Shown here in pieces: positions 38,441-51,455 of a DNA stretch of 64,000 nt. Within the stretch, counting starts at the first letter, position 1. Each line of letters starts with the position of its first letter. The notes under the pieces were generated by a model. It ran no database searches, was not told the origin of the DNA, and was given only the letters and a program-made list of their open reading frames with translations. Both the position numbers and the translations under genes were made by a program. The stretch spans positions 60,636,001 through 60,700,000 of the forward strand of contig CM060732.1 of assembly GCA_030704615.1 (NCBI GenBank). The letters are read 5' to 3'. The DNA is from Takakia lepidozioides. Taxonomy: Eukaryota > Plantae > Bryophyta.

Positions 38441-38459
38441 ATGCCCCCCATCTCCACCA
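38441..38459 (-). promoter_or_regulatory. Primer binding site complementary to tRNA-Ala
   Basis: TGGTGGAGATGGGGGGCAT on the minus strand directly after the 5' LTR; matches the plant tRNA-Ala 3' end (...CATCTCCACCA). Confidence 0.85.
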
Positions 38460-40844
38460 AGAACCCCGACGCAAGGATATGCTCTCGTCCTCTGCGGGTT
38501 AAGTCATGCACAGGGGATTGCAAGCTATAGAACTTTGCCAAGCCGACAGGGAAGGATCTATTGCAGAGCACACATACAATCTAAGCCAATCGTTGCACGC
38601 AGCAAAGCATCAACATAGTTTCATCCAACGTCCTTCACACATCCACTGCACCAAGTTTGTACACCAAAAACATCCTGCCTAAGCCTGGTGATCACTTCAT
38701 TTAAATTATCGGGAGAGGCTAATCTGGAGATCCAGATGCAGTACTCTTATTGGACATGCAGATTACAAGACCTCACATCCGCCAGCTCAGTTTCCAGGTT
38801 GGCTTATCTCGTGACTGTTAACGTAGGACAATCACATAACCAAAGATAGTCCTTGTTATCATTAATGTCCAACAACCCCATGCTTTTCATCCAAGGGATT
38901 GACAGGAGAGCATATGCACTGCCATGGAATGTGGAGCTCCACAGTTTGGACCCGAGTTACGGGTTTCATCCTGAGTTTGAGTTAATCCGTAAAGTGCAGA
39001 AAACTGAGCACGAAGTCAGAAAAGAGGGCACCAAATCATAAACTGGGGATGAGGGCAACCGCTGCTATGGCGCGAGCTCGTGAGCTCTGACTGCCTCCGC
39101 CTCGACGACTAACAAAACTCGGCACCAAACTCCTTTCACCCCCATTTTCCTGGTCCTGGCAGTTTGGTCCCGTGTTTTTTTCTAGTCGCTTGATCCTGAG
39201 TTTCGAGTTTCATACCGAGTTTTGGCCAAACTCAGGGTTCTCATGCCGAGTTTGGGACCCTTTTACGGATAACTCTAATATCTGCCGCGCTTACCAGGCT
39301 AACTATTGTTAAAGTTGTAGCCCCAAGTTGTAGCCCCGTGGTAATGGGCACATACCACCTCATAAGTGGTTGTGATTTCAATCCACCCTTGGTGTCACAA
39401 AGGTGACCACCTTCCTCGTGGAAGGCACTAACCCTTTGGGGTGAAGAGACACCATAATTTACGCTTCCTTGGTGAGGCGTCAAATATTAAATATTACTAA
39501 GGTAGCTTGTGCCGTTGGCCCAAGTGTCATGTATCATCTAAGCCTATCCTATATATCCAATATCCTCTCCCATGTCCAGGCCCAAGTGCGACCTCTAGGG
39601 TAGCCTTTGCCGTTCAGACCCAGTGGTCTCTGTAATCCCCGTACAAAACAGGCTGGATTGCATTATGTGGCAAGGCTGTGGAGGTGAATCGGGTATCAGG
39701 CTTGGCTAATTCAGGCCCCAGAGGCTATGATGGCTACGGTGGCTGATGTGCCTCCAGGGACGGCGGATAAAGGTACGACATAAATCTTTGTGCATTTTCC
39801 TTAATCTCTAATTTGTGGGTGAAGCCATCCAGGCTCCACTCTTGTCCTTGTGCCATTCTAGCAGCAAGTCTACCCATCTTGTTGGCAGAAATTACTTCAC
39901 TGTAGAGACGTGTAATCATACACTTGTCCTCTTTCATCATCACCTTCAATATCTGCTGAATGCATGATATATTGTGGGAATAGCCCCGTGAATTTCTTTT
40001 TGTGGAGATTAGATCCCTAGGGTGAGAGTTTTGACATGCTCTCACAAACACTCTAGTCCTTGCACACAGCCAACACCCGTCTGATGTTAGCTAATTTTGT
40101 ATCTATGTAAGGGCTGGACATCATGGCTCCCAGTCCAATACATGTATTGTGATTGTACTGCCAATCACAAGGGATTTGTGTGTATAGAGAACATAATGTA
40201 CTCATAAGACTTTGTTTGCTGTAGCCTTGTGCCACAGATCCCGTGCCCAGTTTGGACTGTATAGAGAAACAGAAAGAAAGAGAGAGAGAAGCATATGTTC
40301 ATATCCTCAGTAAGGCTCGTACAACGCTCTATGTGTGAGGTGGGTGCATGCAGGTGGAACAATGAGCGGAGTTCGGCACCGGCAGGAGTTCTTTGCAGGT
40401 CCTTCACGGTGGTGGGACATTAGGCTTGATAAGGTGAGGGCTATCTACATTTAGCACATTGGACGAGTTTGTCAAGGACTGAAGCTGGCATGATGATGTT
40501 TTGTTGACTGGATCGTATCTCCAGGTACTTACATGCCTGACAATTTTCCTTTGTCTAGAAAAAGTAGCAAAAGTGTGGGTGTACTGTTGCTATTAGTACA
40601 TGTTCTTCCTTCTAAATATGACATGAGAGTAGGTTGCTCAATGTTGTCCCTGTCATTTAAAAGATGCTTATAGCTTTGGCATTATAGCCTGGTCCATGCC
40701 AGACTGTGATTTAAGCTATTGTGACATTGGTGTTTCTCACAGAGAAGTACAAGATCACCAGACTTCAGACACAAGTGCGCAAAGGAGGCCCTTTGGATTC
40801 AGAATTGGTCGAAGTCACCTTCTGTGAAGGCAGATGGTGCTGCA

Positions 40845-43688
40845 ATGCTGCTAGGTCGAGCACAAGGGGATTTGAGGACGCTGTGTATGGCAGGACAACT
40901 CAAAGAGGCCCTGCACATTTTGAACCAACCGGGTATTTTGGCAGACTCCAATACGTATGTATGTCTCTTGCAGGAGTGCATCAACATGCAAGGCCTACAA
41001 GAGGGAAAGCAGGTGCATGCCCACCTCATCCGAAGTGGATTCAAGCCAAACATACTTCTTCTCAATACCCTTGTCAATATGTATGCCAAGTGTGGGAGTG
41101 TGGTTGATGCACGCCAAGTGTTTGACAAAATGCCTGAACGAGATATGTTTACGTGGAATATAATGATTTCAGGATACACTAAGCATGGGTGTAGTAGGGA
41201 GGCCTTTGTGATTTATGAGCAAATGAAAAGGGAGAGGGTGACGCCCAACAGGATCACGTTCATTTGCATTCTCAAGGCGGGTGCCAGCCTAGCAGTCCTG
41301 GCAAAGGGTGTAGAGGTCCACAGTGACATCACCAGAGCTGGAATTGCACCAGACATCATCATGGAGACTGCCCTTGTTAATATGTATGCCAAATGTGGAA
41401 GCATGGAGCATGCGCGTCAAGTGTTTAACAATATGGCTCTTCGAAATGTGGTCTCATGGAATGTGATGATAGCAGCATATACTCAGCATGGGTGTGGTAG
41501 AGAGGCTTTGGAGATGTATGAGGAGATAAAGCAGAAAGGGTTGACACCTGATAAGGTCACGTTCATTTGCGTTCTCAATGCGTGCGGCAGCTTGGCAGCG
41601 CTGGACAAGGGCAAGGAGGTCCATGTGGACATTATCAAAGCTCTAATTGCAGTAGATGTCATTCTGGAGACATCGCTTGCTGACATGTATGCCAAATGTG
41701 GGAGCCTGAAGGATGCACGTCAAGTGTTTGACAGTATGGCTCATAGAAATGTGGTCTCATGGAATGCAATGATTGCAGGATATGCTCAGCATGGTTGTGG
41801 TAGGGAGGCTCTGGAGATGTATGAACAAATGATGAGGGGAGGGGTGACACCTGACAAGATCACTTTCATTTGTGTTCTTAATGCGTGTGCCATCCTGGCA
41901 GCTCTGGAAAAGGGTAAAGAGGTCCATGCTGACATCATCAAAGCAGGAATTGCGCCAAATAACATTCTGGAGACTGCCCTTGCTGACATGTATGCCAAAT
42001 GTGGGAACATGGAGGATGCACGTCAAGTGTTCGACAATATTTCTCACCCTGACGTAGTCTCATGGAACACTATGATTGCAGGTTATGCTCAGCATGGGTT
42101 CTGTAGGGAGGCTCTCCAACTATTTAAACAAATGCAAAATGAAGGCTTGAAGCCAAATGTAGTCTCATGGAATGCCATGATTGCAGGATATGCTCAGCAG
42201 GAGTCTGGTAGTAAGGCTTTTGAGATGTATGAGCAGATGATACAGGAAGGGGTGACACCCAACAAGGTCTCATTCACTTCTGTTCTCAAGGCATGTGCCA
42301 GCCCAGCAGTCCTGGCGAAGGGCAAAGAGGTACATGCTGCCATCATCAAATCTGGAATTGTGCCAGACATCATTCTGGAGACTGCCCTTGTCAACATGTA
42401 TGCCAAATGTGGGAGCATGAAGGATGCTCGTCGAGTGTTTGGCAATATGGCTCGACAAAATGTGGTCTCTTGGAATGTGATGATTGCAGGATATGCTCAG
42501 CATCAGTATGGTAAGGAGGCTTTGGAGATGTATGAACAAATGATACGGGAAGAGGTGATCCCCGACAAGGTCACATTTATTTGTGTTCTCAATGCATGTG
42601 CCAGCCTGGCAGCACTGGACAAGGGTAAAGAGGTCCATGCTGACATCATGGAAACTGGAATTCCTCTGGATACTATACTGGAGAATACCCTTGTCGACAT
42701 GTATTCCAAATCTGGGAGTCTGAGGGATGCACGCCATATTTTTGAAAATATGGCTCAACGGAATGTGGTCTCATGGAGTGCTTTGATTGCAGCATATGGC
42801 CAGCATGGGTGTGGCAGGGAGGCCTTGCAACTTTTTGACCAAATGCAACAGGAAGGCTTGACGCCAGACGGTATCACCTTTATATGTGTTCTCTCTACGT
42901 GTAGCCATAAGGGCCTTGTTGATGAAGGCCGTCACTACTTTGCTTCAATGAGTCTAGAGCATGGTCTTCCTCCCACAGTGGAGCACTTTGGCTGCATGGT
43001 GGACCTTCTTGGCCGTGCAGGGCGATTGGACGAAGCAGAGGATTTCATTTACAAAATGCCGATTGAACCAAGTGGTTCAGTGTTGGGGGCCATGCTTGGT
43101 GCCTGCAGAATTCATGGCAATGTTGGGCTAGCAGAACGTGTGGCAGAACACATTCTCAAGTTGAATCCACAGGATGCTCCAACTTATGTGCTGCTGTCGA
43201 ACATCTATGCTGCGGCTGGTAGGTGGGACGACACAGCAAAGGTGAGAAAAATGATGAGGTACAGGGGTGTGAGGAAAGTGCCAGGATGCAGCTACATTGA
43301 AGTGAACAACAAAGTGCATACCTTTGTTGTGGAGGACAAAACGCATCCACAAATTGAGGACATCCATGCTGAGTTGAAGAGATTGTCAGGGGTGATGAAG
43401 GAGGCTGGCTATGTGCCGGACACATGTTTTGTATTGCATGATGTGGAGAAGGAGCAGAAGGAATTTTCCCTTTACCACCACAGTGAGAAACTTGCCATTG
43501 GTTTTGGGCTCATCAGCACACTCCCTGGAACACCTCTCCGTATCATCAAGAACCTGCGAGTATGTGGTGACTGCCACACAGCCACCAAGTTCATATCGAA
43601 GATTGTTGGGCGAGCAATCATTGTACGAGATGCCAACCGTTTTCACCACTTTGACGATGGGGTTTGTTCTTGTGGGGATTATTGGTGA
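40845..43688 (+). CDS. PLS-class PPR protein with E1-E2-DYW cytidine deaminase domain (organellar C-to-U editing factor)
   Basis: Open, intronless ORF with ~21 P/L/S motifs, PG box [19 protein letters not shown] and terminal CSCGDYW. First in-frame ATG at 40845; the frame is open from a splice acceptor at 40742. Confidence 0.97.
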   Translation: MLLGRAQGDLRTLCMAGQLKEALHILNQPGILADSNTYVCLLQECINMQGLQEGKQVHAHLIRSGFKPNILLLNTLVNMYAKCGSVVDARQVFDKMPERDMFTWNIMISGYTKHGCSREAFVIYEQMKRERVTPNRITFICILKAGASLAVLAKGVEVHSDITRAGIAPDIIMETALVNMYAKCGSMEHARQVFNNMALRNVVSWNVMIAAYTQHGCGREALEMYEEIKQKGLTPDKVTFICVLNACGSLAALDKGKEVHVDIIKALIAVDVILETSLADMYAKCGSLKDARQVFDSMAHRNVVSWNAMIAGYAQHGCGREALEMYEQMMRGGVTPDKITFICVLNACAILAALEKGKEVHADIIKAGIAPNNILETALADMYAKCGNMEDARQVFDNISHPDVVSWNTMIAGYAQHGFCREALQLFKQMQNEGLKPNVVSWNAMIAGYAQQESGSKAFEMYEQMIQEGVTPNKVSFTSVLKACASPAVLAKGKEVHAAIIKSGIVPDIILETALVNMYAKCGSMKDARRVFGNMARQNVVSWNVMIAGYAQHQYGKEALEMYEQMIREEVIPDKVTFICVLNACASLAALDKGKEVHADIMETGIPLDTILENTLVDMYSKSGSLRDARHIFENMAQRNVVSWSALIAAYGQHGCGREALQLFDQMQQEGLTPDGITFICVLSTCSHKGLVDEGRHYFASMSLEHGLPPTVEHFGCMVDLLGRAGRLDEAEDFIYKMPIEPSGSVLGAMLGACRIHGNVGLAERVAEHILKLNPQDAPTYVLLSNIYAAAGRWDDTAKVRKMMRYRGVRKVPGCSYIEVNNKVHTFVVEDKTHPQIEDIHAELKRLSGVMKEAGYVPDTCFVLHDVEKEQKEFSLYHHSEKLAIGFGLISTLPGTPLRIIKNLRVCGDCHTATKFISKIVGRAIIVRDANRFHHFDDGVCSCGDYW

Positions 43689-43689
43689 A

Positions 43690-43929
43690 ATGACGATGAA
43701 GGAGGCTGGCTATGTGCCGGACCCATGTTTTGTATTGCATGATGTGGAGAAGGGGCAGAAGGAATTTCCCCTTTACCACCACAGTGAGAAACTTGCCATT
43801 GGTTTTGGGCTCCCTGGAGCACCTCTCATCAAGAACCTGCGAGTGTGTGGTGACTGCCACACAGCCCCCAAGTTCATATTGAAGATTATTGGGCAAGCAA
43901 TCATTGTATTGGGGGTGGAGGTACGATAG
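43690..43929 (+). other. Tandem partial duplicate of the DYW domain forming a 79-aa ORF
   Basis: Copy of ~43394-43625 with 12-bp and 6-bp in-frame deletions; retains HSEKLA and CGDCH. Confidence 0.9.
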
Positions 43930-44876
43930 GGTCGAGGATATGGATACGAGGGAATGGGAGCTGGAGAGGTTGCAAAGATGGTGCAAAAGATGGAGCTTGG
44001 AACTTGGTCAGAAGAAAAATCAGCGCGAGGGGTAAAAATTGAGGTGGTTTTTGGAATTCCGCTGAACTTGACGAGGCATTGCTATAGAGAGTCTTTATAC
44101 TCGCTGGGATCGGGAAGCAGGGCACGAGCGGAGATGTCTCTCCGCTCGGGCCATCTCGGACGCTGCCCTGAGGTATGTTGGACGAAAGAACGCTCTTGAA
44201 GATCCATGAGGCTTGCAAAGATTACTTGGCAAATGAAGATGCATCATGATTGTTTCCTTGAATTTCGGACGTGTCCATGCACGTAGTTGGGTTTATTTAG
44301 AAGAATGGAGAGTGCAGGCGAGCGAGGCCAGAAAGCTGATTGCAACTACTACATGGGACTGTCTCCTGGACGATAAGCCAAAATCCTTACGGGGAACACA
44401 ACTTTATTGACAATGTTCCAGCCTTATTGTAGGTCTAACTATCACACCTAATCTGTTCTTTTTGTTGTGCAGCAGATCGTATTCCATTTGGAGAATCAAA
44501 ATAACAGTCCAGATCAAAATCGTTCGACAATCGTCTCATGAAGCAGCCGGAGTACCACTGCGGAATGATGGAGCAATCACTTGGTGTGTGAATTGTTCTA
44601 CATATGGTAAGGATAATGACGTTGATCGGGGTACAAATGAACCAGGCAGACTTTATGCTGGCAATCATCAGCTGTTTCATTTCAGATTGGTTTTGACTGA
44701 AGAGAAGTTCCATGCATTTTTATCTGTTTGATTTACTGCATTTGGAGTCATTGTGCGTTGTGATTTCCAAATCCTTGAAAGTTTAGAATTATTCATTGCT
44801 GTTATACCAAACCCATAGTCAAATGCGAGGAGGTGGGAGCAGCTATTGGCAGGTAAAGCTTTTCAGTAGGGGTGGG

Positions 44877-45283
44877 GTATTTCGGTCTGTGAATTATGGG
44901 TTGTCATTACAAGGTACTTTCTTTCCTAGGCATTCCATGTGGGTTTGAGATTGCATTCAACAAACAAACATTTAGCGGCAGCCAGGGTGAGACTTTTGTA
45001 GATATTGTGCCGAAGGTTGACAACAATAAAGGGATTGGTAGATGTGCAAGTGGAACGGGAAAAGAATGTACTCCTGAGACACTGTTTGCCGTAGCCTTGT
45101 GGCCATAGACCCCGCGCCAAGTTTGGGCAGAACAAGAGGAAGAGACACCACCTTTGTGAGGGGCTCACTCCGGGAAAAGAGTAGAGAATGCTAAAGGAGA
45201 GATTTCCATGGATCAAAGAGCCCAAGAAAGAACCAAGATTAAGAAATCCAGATCAACTAAATCCCCGTGCCCACAATCTGGCA
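44877..45283. repeat. Right arm of the 407-bp inverted duplication
   Basis: Reverse complement of 24998-25404. Confidence 0.95.
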
Positions 45284-46952
45284 AACCAGTAGGCTTGTTC
45301 TATATCTTTGAGCCACAATCTGTGGAGGTAACAGATCGAACGATAGGATATCAACTATACATTGGTCCTGTTTGCATTTCATGAAGAGTTGTAGAGTACA
45401 CTTGACAAAATTGCTTGATGTTTATGTAGCACTATCTCCTCTGAGAATGAGAATAAATGTGCTGAACGTCTGTAATATAGAAATTTAGAAGCTTCTTTCA
45501 GTGTGTGTAGGATGCTTCATGTTTGGAAGTTGGGACTGAATGCTGCTAACACAAGTGGGAGTCTGCCCTTCCTCTGAGGCAACAGAATTTGTAAAGAGGA
45601 TCTTTGACTAGACTGTCCTTGGGTTAGATATTGGACATCCTCTTCCGTATGGGGTTTGAGAGAAGAGGTCGAGAAAAAGTGAGCTTTCCATACTGAGAAG
45701 AGATCTCAGAATCTAGTTTGGAGATTTTTGTCAGGAGGAGCAGTGATTACAATAGTGTGGCACCAGTGGAGGGCAGGTGTGCCTTCTCCATCATTTGTTG
45801 CCTTCCAGACATGCCATCCAGGCATATTGGGGTGGCCTCACCAGCCTCCCTGAGGCCATACTAGTGTTTGGATGCCTGACCCTGGGCTGAAAGGTTCAAC
45901 AAGTTGTCTGTACACTGTGTATGTCCCTGTGTAGTTTCCTAATCACATTGCATTGAGATTTGTTTCAGACAGTTTGTTGCGGATTGCGGGGCAGTGGAAA
46001 CCATCAGAGGGGAGACGAGGTTTATGGACAGGGTCATGACTGAGGAGGGACCTTGGAGGTGCAGAAAAATGAGTGGCCTCAACTGAGTGACATTCAGCAA
46101 AGAATTTGCGAACACAATGCACCTCCTTGGCCATGTGGGCTGTGACATGGAGATCAATTACTTGCATACTGAATTTAAGTGTTGGTGAAATCCAGCCTTG
46201 CTATTGCCAAAGACTTATCCTAAAACCTGATGCTCCGTGCTGGTGAGCTATATCTTTCCTACCAAGAGGAGTAAAGAAATTCATAGAGATGGGCTCCAAG
46301 AGACGTTGCCTGGACTGAATTGGGGATACGGGCTATGATAAAGGATGTAGTTTGATTTTGCACAGCACAAGAATTTTTACCTGTCTTCTCAGTTTGTGGT
46401 GCTCAAATCGCCTAAAATCCCTGCAATTGTTCATTTCCCTGAAGAAGGAGCTCTTTGATGGAGATCGATAACGTTCAGTGGTCGCAGGACCAACAGGACA
46501 GGGTAGGGATTATGGTGTGTTGGCTAATAGTGTGGATCTAGTTGTAATGGCACAGGTGGGAGAAGTTATTCTAAATGAACTTCCATCAGCTCTAAGAAGT
46601 CACAAGAGTACCTATGGAGCACTATGGATTGATAGCTACAATAAACCTGAGTGGGAAGATGGTCAATTGAAGAAGCTGGAAACAGCTAGGCAACAGTCTG
46701 TGGTGAGCCCTGGTGGAAGCGAATCATCATGGTGCTTCCAGTACATCAGTCTCAACTTTTTTGAGATGCTGACGATGCATAGTAGTGACCTTTGTGTATT
46801 CTTTGATGCAGTGAACCAACACCCTGTGAATATGTAGCAAGGAGCCTGTCCTCATAAAGATCTTTCTTTGGACTATGTAGGAGCTGTGAAGTATGGAGGA
46901 CATTTGTGTCGAGTTTTTTTAACTATGAGTTCTTAGTCATGCTTACTGGCAG

Positions 46953-48975
46953 GTTGCATTGGGCACAGCTGTCCGAATCAGGGGTCTCCACCATGACCAA
47001 AGAGGACCGAGAGAGAGTCAACAAGAACGGTCCTTCCACTCATGGGGATGTGAGGACACTATGCAAGGCAGGACAATTGAAAGAGGCTCTGCACATTTTT
47101 GAATGAAGGAGGCATTTTGCTAGACTACAAAAGTTATGTCTGTCTCTTGCAGGAATGCATCAAGATGAAAGGCTTGGCAGAGGGAAAGCAACTGCACGCC
47201 TACATAATTAGAAGTGGATTCAAGCCGAACATCCTTTTGCTCCATAACATTGTCAACAATATTTATGTCAAGGGCGGTAGTGTGGTGGATGCATGCCTGG
47301 TGTTTCACAAGATGCCTGAATGAGATGTGTTCATGTGGAATATATTGTGACAGGATATGCCAAGCATGGGTCTAATAAGGAGGCCTTTGAGATCTATAAG
47401 CAAATGAGAGCGGAAGGTGTGACGCCAAACACTATCACATTCATTTGCATTCTTAAGTTGTGCATCCTGGGAGGCCTACAAAGGCAAAGAGGTCCATGAT
47501 GAGATCATCAAAGCTGGCATAGACCAGATGTGATTCTCCAGACTGCCCTTTCTACCATGCATGCCACATGTGGGCACATGGAAGATGCGGTGAGGTGTTG
47601 GACAATATGCCTCAAAAAGGTGCGGTCTCATGGAGTGCGATGATTGCAGGATATGCTCAGCATGGGCCCGGTATGGAGGCTTCAAACTTCTATCTGCAAA
47701 TGATACGACAAGGGGTGATGCCCAGCAAGGTCACTCTCATTTGCTTTGAGTGCATGTGCCAGCCTGACAGCCCTAGAGCAGGGCAAACAGGTCCATGTTG
47801 AGATTATCAAAGCTGCAATTGCGCCAGATGTGAATTTGGAGAATACCCTTCCCTACTTGTATGGCAAATGCGGGAGCATGAAAGATGCACATCAAGTGTT
47901 TGCCACCATGTTTGCACGAAATGCTGTCTCATGGAACGTGATGATGGCAGGATATTCGAGACATGGGTGTGGAAGGGATACTTTAGAAATGTATGAGGAA
48001 ATGAGACAGGAAGGGGTGATGCCTGACAAGGTCACTTCACTTGTACTCTGCATGCATGTGCAAGCCTAGAAACCCTGGAAAAAGGCAAAGGGATGCATGC
48101 TGATCTGGAATTGCTTCTTCTATGAAGTTGGAGAATAGCCTTGTTGACATGTATGCCAAATGTGGGAGCATGAAGGATGCGCATCTAGTGTTTGACAACA
48201 TAGGAATGTGGTCTCATGGAAGTGTTGATCGGAGGATATTCTCAGCGTGTTGATATGGCGGCTTTGGAGAGCTATGAGAAAATGAGCGAGGAAGGGGTGA
48301 CACCTGACAACTTCACTTTCGTTTGCAATCTTAATGCTTGTGCCAGTTTTGCGGCCCTGGAAAAGGGCAAAGAGGTACATGCTGACATCACCAAAGCTGG
48401 AATTGCATCATATAAATTTGGAGAATAGGCTTGTCAACATGCATGCCAAATGTGGGATTATGGAGGATGCACATAAGTGTTTCATAAAATGGCTGAACAA
48501 AATGTGATCTCATGGAATGTGATGATCAGAGGATAATCTCAGCGTGGCCGTGGCAGTGAGGCTTTTGAGACCTAGGAGGAAATGATGCAGGCAGTGGTGA
48601 CATCTGACCGGTCCACATTTATTTGAGCATGACTTCATTTGCAACATGCCAATTGAACCAGACAATTTGGTGTGGAGTGCCCTCCTTGGTGCCTGCAAAT
48701 TTTATGATGGTATGGAGCTATCAGAATGTGTGGCATCTCAAATTGGATCCTGACCCTTTCTAGCCATTATTTTTTTCATCTTTACTTTACCATCCACTGT
48801 CCAGTCGAAGCATATCATTCGATAGCAGCACTGCTGCAGCATCCACAAATTGAAGAAATCCACGCTCAGCTGGAGATGACGGAGGCTGGGTAGGTGCCTG
48901 ACACAGTTTGTATGGCATGATGGAGAGGAGCAACAAGAATCCATGGCACTGAGAAGCTGGGCATGGCGGTTTAAG
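46953..48975 (+). pseudogene. PLS-PPR-DYW pseudogene paralogous to 40845-43688
   Basis: [39 protein letters not shown] and VSWNVM motifs with many frameshifts; decayed E and DYW pieces at 48640-48970. Confidence 0.9.
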
Positions 48976-49681
48976 GTAGTTACACCCAAATGTGAGCGTT
49001 TAAGCAGATATGCCCATACAATTGGTGCAATAAGGGGAAAAATTATATGACTCGATGAGCAATTGAACAAACAGCTTGTGGTTTGAATTGCATGAATTTT
49101 GGACGAAGTGGCTAACTGATATATATTATCAAAGTGGCAGGGCACAAAAATGCTATGCCTGAGCTATAGAGGGTACCATAACTCACTGAAATATTATCTA
49201 ATATGAAGCCTACATGTGACCTGATATTCACGAGATGTGCACTTGAAATGGCCCCCACACATCAACTAGTACACCCAATAACTCATTCAACAGCTCGGCC
49301 CACGAGAGCAAAAGGTGTCTTATAAAAGGCCTCCATTTGGCAAATATGCTGGTCACAGTATTCAGTACGTCTTTGTTCATCTAACAAAGCACCATGGGGC
49401 CCACAATGCCCATGAAGGAACCTAAATCAGCCCGTTGGCAGGAAGGTCGCAGGCAGAACCACTTTACACCCAAAAAATAGGGGTCCATTTTGAGACCTGC
49501 TCATATTTGGGTGTTTCTACCTCATGTGCTTGTTCATGAGCATCTCCCCTCCCCCTGACGCCTCTATGTGCTTCCAGAACTTAGCTTCTAGGAATGTTTT
49601 GTTTTTCAGGAGCTCATAAAAACAAACGACGTCATTCATCCACAAACAGATTATTAAATCCTCAATCTATGATTCATCCAA

Positions 49682-51455
49682 TGTGTTGTAAAACGAAGTA
49701 AAGTTTGTTTAACGGCCAGTGAAAATACAAGGTTGGATGAAAGTAGAAGACCAGAAGGAAACTGGAAAAGGAAAAATTTCTCTAGGAAAATTAGGAAAAA
49801 GATAAAGGTTGGGTAGAAGAAAGGAATGTAAAGTAAAGTAAAGTAAAGTTTATCTACTTTGCATCACACGCCACTCTGCCACTCTGCATAATATATATCG
49901 AGTCTCGTGATCTGAAGTTTTGCTCAGATCTAGGTTTGGTGAGAGATTCAGAAGGAGAGAAGTCTCGTAGTAGAGTTTGCACCCGATTCGCATTGAGTCT
50001 AGTGATCTGAAGTTTTGCTCAGCTAGGTTTTCTGAGAGATTCAGAAGGAGAGAAATCCTCGTAATAGAGTTTGCACACGATTGGCGCTGAGATCATCGTC
50101 ATGGAGGCTTCACTTAGAAAAGGTTGGACAATCAACCGGACATGGAGGACCCGACAGCAGGATTGGAAATCTTACGATCGCAATATTGGGGGACCAAAGA
50201 GAGATTACTCAGGGCTTGGGCAGGGTGAGCAGTGGGCAGCTGGGTTTCAAGGTGCTATAGTACCTATTGAGGTCCTGTTTCTTGTGGATACTATGCGAGG
50301 TTCTGTGGTGAACTTCTCCCAACTCTTGGTGGAAGAGGCTCAAAAGAGTTCCGTGGATGGAGAAACAAGGAATTTGGGCGATATTTTGCACAGTATTATG
50401 CCCCTGGCATCGTTTGCATGGCCCCAAAACCTCGTGTATGGAGTGAGAGCATACGTCAACAACGTCCTCTTTCAAGACTTTGACAAAGTTCGCAACTCGA
50501 CACATAACTTGGAGATGCCCCTCTTAACATTTTGGACAACTAAAATTAGCAAGTCATTGGCCCAAGCACCTCATAGCTGCTCTCTTGGACGCTGCCAAGC
50601 AGGTGTGGCTTATTTCTAGGATCATATTCAGATCTATGGGTCATGCTCCAACCCTTTTCCGCGTCCAAAGGTTGGTTCCATTCAATCAAGACACTATGGA
50701 TGCTAAGCCTTACGAACTTACTTAGAAGATGAAGTCGCTTCCACAGGAGACAAGATGTCCGTGAACAAAGTGGGAGTCATGATTGCTCCGGGGTTTGAGG
50801 TGATTCGCAGCCAAATCTATCTGGAGCCCAAATTCCCCATAGCCTTTGGGGACATCTAGTAATTTTAATCTGTTTGTAGCTAATATAGGCAGCGTGGAAA
50901 GAAGTAGAAAGGATCGATCCAAGCTAGGCTTAGCTCTCTAGGCTCTTTCAGGAATCCTTTAGAACGTTGGTATATTTATAAATCTGTTGTGCTAGCTGGA
51001 TTGAATCCTGGATGCCGCCGCAGATAATAACTTGTCCAACTTCGAAATGTTGATAGAAATAAATTTACATCCACCATTCGGTAGCTCAGTTGACTTGTGA
51101 CTCCAGGCTCCTCAGATCCTGCTACCTTGTTGTATGTGTTGTTTTATCTTCTCCCGGCCTTGTCTGGCTAGTGTCCCATGAGCCTTGTGCTCGTCCCTCA
51201 TATGTTACTTGAAAGAGGTTAGCGTAGTTTTCCCTCCCACTATAATTAAGGGGCTCGACTTATAAGCGGCCGGTTGCTCTCGGGTGTTTCTAACAATACA
51301 AATAGAATTACAGTTTTGGACAGAATTTGCAATATGGACAGAGTTATTTTGAGGACAGAATCCATGCGAGACGCTACCCAAGCACGATCCTTGATTTCTT
51401 CTTTCTCTTGACGAGGATTTGGTGTGAGTATTTGCATCCACAACCCTCCGACACA
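49682..51455 (+). mobile_element. Probable solo LTR or LTR-derived element
   Basis: TGTGTTG...CGACACA termini; TATA-like at ~49888; ~85-bp tandem duplication at 49907-50088; no convincing TSD. Confidence 0.45.

Larger units (their letters stand above)
30982..38943 (-). mobile_element. Full-length Ty3/gypsy LTR retrotransposon with dUTPase-like domain and extra 5' ORF
   Basis: LTRs 30982/30991-31464 and 38460-38943 (~15 substitutions and 2 indels by eye); ends TGTAAAGCT...AGCTCCACA; 4-bp TSD GTTT; gag-PR-RT-RH-IN order. Confidence 0.95.
30940..39277. mobile_element. hAT-like MITE (~370 bp) split by the retrotransposon at 30982-38943
   Basis: TIR TAGAGTTATCTGTAAA / TTTACGGATAACTCTA (1 mismatch); GAGTTTGG repeats on both sides of the insertion; no TSD. 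Confidence 0.6.

Noticed and set aside
43280-43688. U-to-C (DYW:KP) editing factor
   Set aside because: Canonical PG box, HSE and terminal DYW indicate the C-to-U type.
40799-43986. Many short antisense and alternate-frame ORFs over the PPR gene
   Set aside because: Shadow ORFs of repetitive coding sequence.
51078-51130. tRNA-like A box GGTAGCTCAGTTG
   Set aside because: No B box or cloverleaf.
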